Source of the DNA: Eutreptiella sp. 'Long Island Sound 2002'
Taxonomy: Eukaryota > Protista > Euglenida
Length of the DNA stretch: 64,000 nt
Assembly: GCA_964036045.1 (NCBI GenBank)
Contig: OZ038378.1
Coordinates: 3,782,001-3,846,000 of the forward strand
Direction of reading: 5' to 3'
Shown piece after piece: positions 59,935-64,000 of the stretch (its first letter is position 1; the number at the start of each line of letters is the position of its first letter). The notes beneath the pieces were generated by a model, which ran no database searches, was not told the origin of the DNA, and worked only from the letters and a program-made list of their open reading frames with translations. The position numbers were made by a program, and so were the translations under genes.

Positions 59935-60912
59935 ATGGCATGGTCTGTAGTACGGCAAGTGTTCCAGCACGTTGCATGCAGTCCTGTGAGGCACGTCCAA
60001 CGTGGGACCCGCATCAATGCCATCGTCGTCCTCGGCATGATTGGTGCTGTCTGCCACCGCCACGGGTGCCTCTTCGGCAGTGATGATGACGGGGGCGAAG
60101 CCGGGGCATTTGTGGAGGGTCTTCCTGAATACTCCGCGGAGGACGTTATGGCACACACCACCACTGACACACGGATTTGGGTGACGTACCGCAGCGGAGT
60201 GTACGATATCACGGAGTACACCGCCGCGCATCCGGGCGGGCGGCGGATCTTAATGGCCAGGGGAAAGTCTCTGGAGCACTTTTGGGAGCTGTACCCCCAA
60301 CACAAAAAGCGGACCGTAACGGCGACGCTCGAGTCGCTGCGGATCGGGAATCTGAAACAGACGGACACCGCAGCACCCGAATCCAGGCATCGTCTTGATG
60401 AGAGGCCCGGCGCCGGCACTGCCCCAAGTGAAGTGGCCTCTGCGCGGAACCCTCTCCCCGTGCCCTCTGTCAACGTAAGCGAGTACGAACTCGAGGTCAG
60501 TGGCCGTGGGGTGGGGACCCCGCTGGCACTGTCGTACCGGATGCTTCAGGAGCAGTTCCCCCGGCACTGCGTCGACAGCACCGTCTCGTGTGCCGGGGCG
60601 GCGCAGCCCGCCACGTGGTGCGGGGCCAGGCTGGCGGACGTGCTGAGGGCTGCCGCCTTCGACGCGGACCAGGGGGCGCGATCCGTGCGGTTCGGGGCCC
60701 TGGACAGCGACGCGGGCGGCAGGCGGTACGCGATGTCGGTGCCCATCGGAACGGCGGCGGGCCCGGAACACAACGTGCTGCTGGCGTATGAAATGGACGG
60801 CCGGGCCATCCCCCTGGAGCACGGGTTCCCGGTGCGGGCCCTGGTGCCGGGCGCCGCACGGGCCCGCAGTGTGAAGTGGCTGAGCCGGGTGGTCGTAGAC
60901 GGGGGGGATTGA
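59935..60912 (+). CDS. Sulfite oxidase-like protein: presequence + cytochrome b5 + molybdopterin-binding domain, no dimerisation domain, 325 aa
   Basis: IWVTYRSGVYDIT...HPGG...YPQH (heme ligands); RNPLPVP, SCAG (Mo-ligand Cys codon 60589-91), LLAYEMDG, EHGFPVRALVPG, RSVKWL. Confidence 0.85.
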   Translation: MAWSVVRQVFQHVACSPVRHVQRGTRINAIVVLGMIGAVCHRHGCLFGSDDDGGEAGAFVEGLPEYSAEDVMAHTTTDTRIWVTYRSGVYDITEYTAAHPGGRRILMARGKSLEHFWELYPQHKKRTVTATLESLRIGNLKQTDTAAPESRHRLDERPGAGTAPSEVASARNPLPVPSVNVSEYELEVSGRGVGTPLALSYRMLQEQFPRHCVDSTVSCAGAAQPATWCGARLADVLRAAAFDADQGARSVRFGALDSDAGGRRYAMSVPIGTAAGPEHNVLLAYEMDGRAIPLEHGFPVRALVPGAARARSVKWLSRVVVDGGD

Positions 60913-61089
60913 GGGGCTTCGAGGTGAGGGGCATGGCGGATTGTCTGGACCCCGTGGGCCCGCACGGGCGGCGGCCGTTGCGCTTGGTCTGCTATTCTGA
61001 TCTCGGGGTGGATCCCCATTTGAGCGCATCGCGACGGCCATCAGTCGGAGTGTGTCAAGACGGGTCCACCCTTGAAGTGCGATTGGCAT

Positions 61090-61518
61090 CAGCTGTCTAC
61101 TTTGCGGTGGATTTTTGGGTAGTTGACGCTGGATTTGCGCTGGATTTGAAAAATGTGACGCTGGATTTACGCTGGATATGCGCTTTTTCTCGACATGGCT
61201 CCAGGCAATAATCAGCCCTTAACCCTGGACAAAAAGCGGAGATCCTTTGGTCTAGTGGCTCATGCCATGCTTTACAGATTGTAATGTGCTAGTTCAAATC
61301 CCACAGCACACACTTTTGAAAGGATATTGATGCTGCTCCTTCTGAAGCTCCATTTTTCACTGTCATCATGAAAGTGATTTGCAATTGTGGGTACTGGACA
61401 TTTGGGAATGGATAGGATGGATGTGCTTGTTGGGGAAGTGTGCCGCTGGATTTGCGCTGGATTTGAAATTTTTGACGCTGGATTTGGGCCGGATAATCCG
61501 GCGCAAAGTAGACAGCTG
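61090..61518. mobile_element. hAT-type MITE, 429 bp
   Basis: Perfect 17-bp TIR CAGCTGTCTACTTTGCG; 8-bp TSD ATTGGCAT at 61082-89 and 61519-26; subterminal GCTGGATTT repeats. Confidence 0.88.
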
Positions 61519-62226
61519 ATTGGCATCAGTAGGGGCACATTGACGAGCCCGAAGGTGTCGGTTGAGGTGCGTGCCTGTGCATTCGTGTGCCTATCCGAGT
61601 CCGAGGTGCGCCGCGGATGGCAGCGGCTTTCACTGTGCACTGGTGCCCAGAGGGACCCCAATCTGGAGCGCATACCACCGTCCACTCGTTCGTTCCCGTA
61701 CCAATGGGGAGGTCCCCGAGGGGAGGATTGGCGGACTAGCACATACTCAGGGCTGGCTAATGGGAGGAGGTGTTGTTTGCAGGTGGGCCGTGGCAGGCAG
61801 ATGGCATGCGCTGCTTGGCACTCCCAAATGGTTCCACCTTATGGGTCGCTTCCGTTGCACGGGGCATGCCGCCTGGTTTCTGATTGCATCCGAACCGACT
61901 GAGATGCCCGTTCTTTGCGAATTGTGCACAAACGGATGCCCTCTTACGGCAAACGCACATGGCCCCAGGGGCAGTGCCGCACCTCCAGCCCCGCATGCAC
62001 CCATATGCACCCATTATGCGTCCTACATGTGTCCTCTGTGCGCCCCCCATGTGCCCGCTACCCTCCTTGAGCCTACTATTTGCCCACTATGCCCCCCCAT
62101 GCCACCAACCCATGTGCCCCGTTGACTGCCATATCTCACCTCCATTGCTTCATATCTCCTGCCCACTGCCCTGTACCACACGTTCAGCCCCCAACATCTG
62201 TTGCCTGCTGCCTAGTGTGTGATGAT

Positions 62227-62273
<47 letters not shown>

Positions 62274-63067
62274 CGCCCAACCATCTCAATCGAACCCAAG
62301 CATTCGCCAAGATACACCACCTCTTTACACCCCTATCCGCACTACAGCAGTATTTGGTATTTGCTTTTGCCCCACAGCAACCTTTCCTCCCTCCCAACAA
62401 GACACAAAAATGCACATATGTATAGTACATGTCACCCTAATGCACCCTGCATCTCCGATGCCCACGCACCAACCCTGTGTGGGGGCCGTATGGGCGAGCC
62501 CACAACCAGTGTCCACTCTGTTCAGCGAGCGGGAGCCGTGCGGATCACCCACTGGTCGCTTGTGGCTCCTCCTCTGACTAACACCGCGACAAACACACTC
62601 TTGGAGGCGGCAGGTTAGCTCACCTGGATGTTGTCCTACTTGCAAAAGATGTTGTACGTGTCTCTATGTGTGTTTGTGTCTATGCTTGTTTGTGTGATGA
62701 TTTCTAACCAACCACCTATGGTTTCCAGAGGGTAGAAAAGTCAAAGTCGACGTTATCTGGCCATGGCACACTTTTATGTAGAGAAAAACAAGACCATGAA
62801 GTGCAAAGCCAAGTAATGGCTCCGCGGATGGAATTGCTGGATATGGGCTTGGAAGCCCTTTGAGATGTTAGAGGATTTCTGCTGCAGATGACAAAGAAGA
62901 CAAACAAGAAGTCAGAGTGTGGCTCCTCAAGTGCAGTCTGTTGAAAACCAAGCCCGAGACAACATCCCACAAGTCCTTATCTAGGACCTATTAGGGGATG
63001 GGACCTAGGTGGTTACTTGGCGTCTTCCACAGACACTGGCGACCTTGCCACGGCACGCTGCACCCAG

Positions 63068-63650
63068 ATGCCCCCCCTCCCCTTGCGCAAGCGCGGGCTT
63101 GTCTGAGCACGGCAACCCTGTCTGACCGTCGTTTTCCTGGTGTTTTCTGACTGCGGTTTTTGTGGTCAGAAGCGTAATGTGACCAGGTTGTGCTCTGACT
63201 GTAGAGGGAAAGGGGGGCTGGATCATGCGTGTGGTAGTTCCTCCTGCTGATACCACTATTCTGCTTGCAACTGCAACCCAATGCTGTTTGTTTTGATGTG
63301 ATTTTCAGCCATGGCTGATGGTGCTGTCGCTGGCATGGCGGTTAGGTACATCCGGCACACCAGTGAACATGTGCTCGCCACAATTGTTGCCGCTGTTACT
63401 CGTGGAGATGATTTCTTTCATGGGAAGTGCATGCAGAATGGTCATGAGAATGTGATCATAGTCCTTTGGGTTGTGTCCTCTTCCCAATCCAATTCAATTG
63501 TGGTCAGGGTGAGGTATGGGCAGGTTTTCGATACGCACATTCTTTTGGTACCTCGCGTTGCGTGCAAGCACAGCCTTGTCCAAGCATGGAGACCCTGTCT
63601 GACCGTTGATTTCGTGGTTTTCAGCATGCTTGTGGAAGGGGGGGGGGGGG
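63068..63650. mobile_element. MITE-like element related to 4082-4452
   Basis: ccccttgcgcaagc / gcttgtggaaggggg ends; flanking direct repeat gcacccag (63060-67 / 63650-57). Confidence 0.5.
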
Positions 63651-64000
63651 CACCCAGCCACCCACCCACCCAAGGACATCTCGGCAACCTCCCTGAATGC
63701 TGCCCACGGATTCGCCTCTATTGGGGAGACGGGCGCAAGGCGCACCTCACTCAGCCGGAGCCCAGATGGGGGCTACGTGCCGTGCTGGTGCAAAAAAGTT
63801 TAAAGGAAAAAATTTCGAAATAAAAAACAGAAAACAAAATTTCGAAAATTTCCAAAAAAGGACCTTACTGCCACAGTGCCGAAATACGCAACGGCCTGAA
63901 AGAATAGCACCGCAACGGCCTGAAAGAATAGCACCTGTTGCCGCCGGAGTGCCGACTGGCGCAAGAAGCATCGCTGCCCGGGGGCGATAAGTGCTGTACA

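Noticed and set aside
1-64000. rRNA, tRNA and telomeric arrays
   Set aside because: None recognised by eye; a tRNAscan/Infernal run would be needed to exclude small RNAs.

Overview
Eukaryotic nuclear DNA, most likely from a euglenid (inference from GT-AG introns with atypical GTN(C/T) donors, AG acceptors just upstream of start codons that suggest SL trans-splicing, and dense poly-C/G MITE-like repeats). Five host genes, all on the + strand: a 7-exon secreted, membrane-anchored CocE/NonD (S15) serine hydrolase (7252-18056); a 3-exon ADP-ribosylglycohydrolase-fold protein (29298-34789); an intronless eEF3-type ABC-F factor (38101-41496); a GSKIP/DUF727-like protein (50350-50784); and a cytochrome b5-molybdopterin protein resembling a stripped-down sulfite oxidase (59935-60912). 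The main mobile element is a full-length but decayed tyrosine-recombinase retrotransposon (22545-27689). It has gag-YR-RT/RNaseH order, split direct repeats A1...B1-A2...B2, and an ACT crossover trinucleotide at both ends and at the internal B1/A2 junction, into which a TA-TSD MITE has inserted. The rest is Harbinger-like and pogo-like transposase relics, MITEs with 2-, 8- and 9-bp TSDs, nested insertions and minisatellites. All calls come from reading the sequence by eye; no database search was run.
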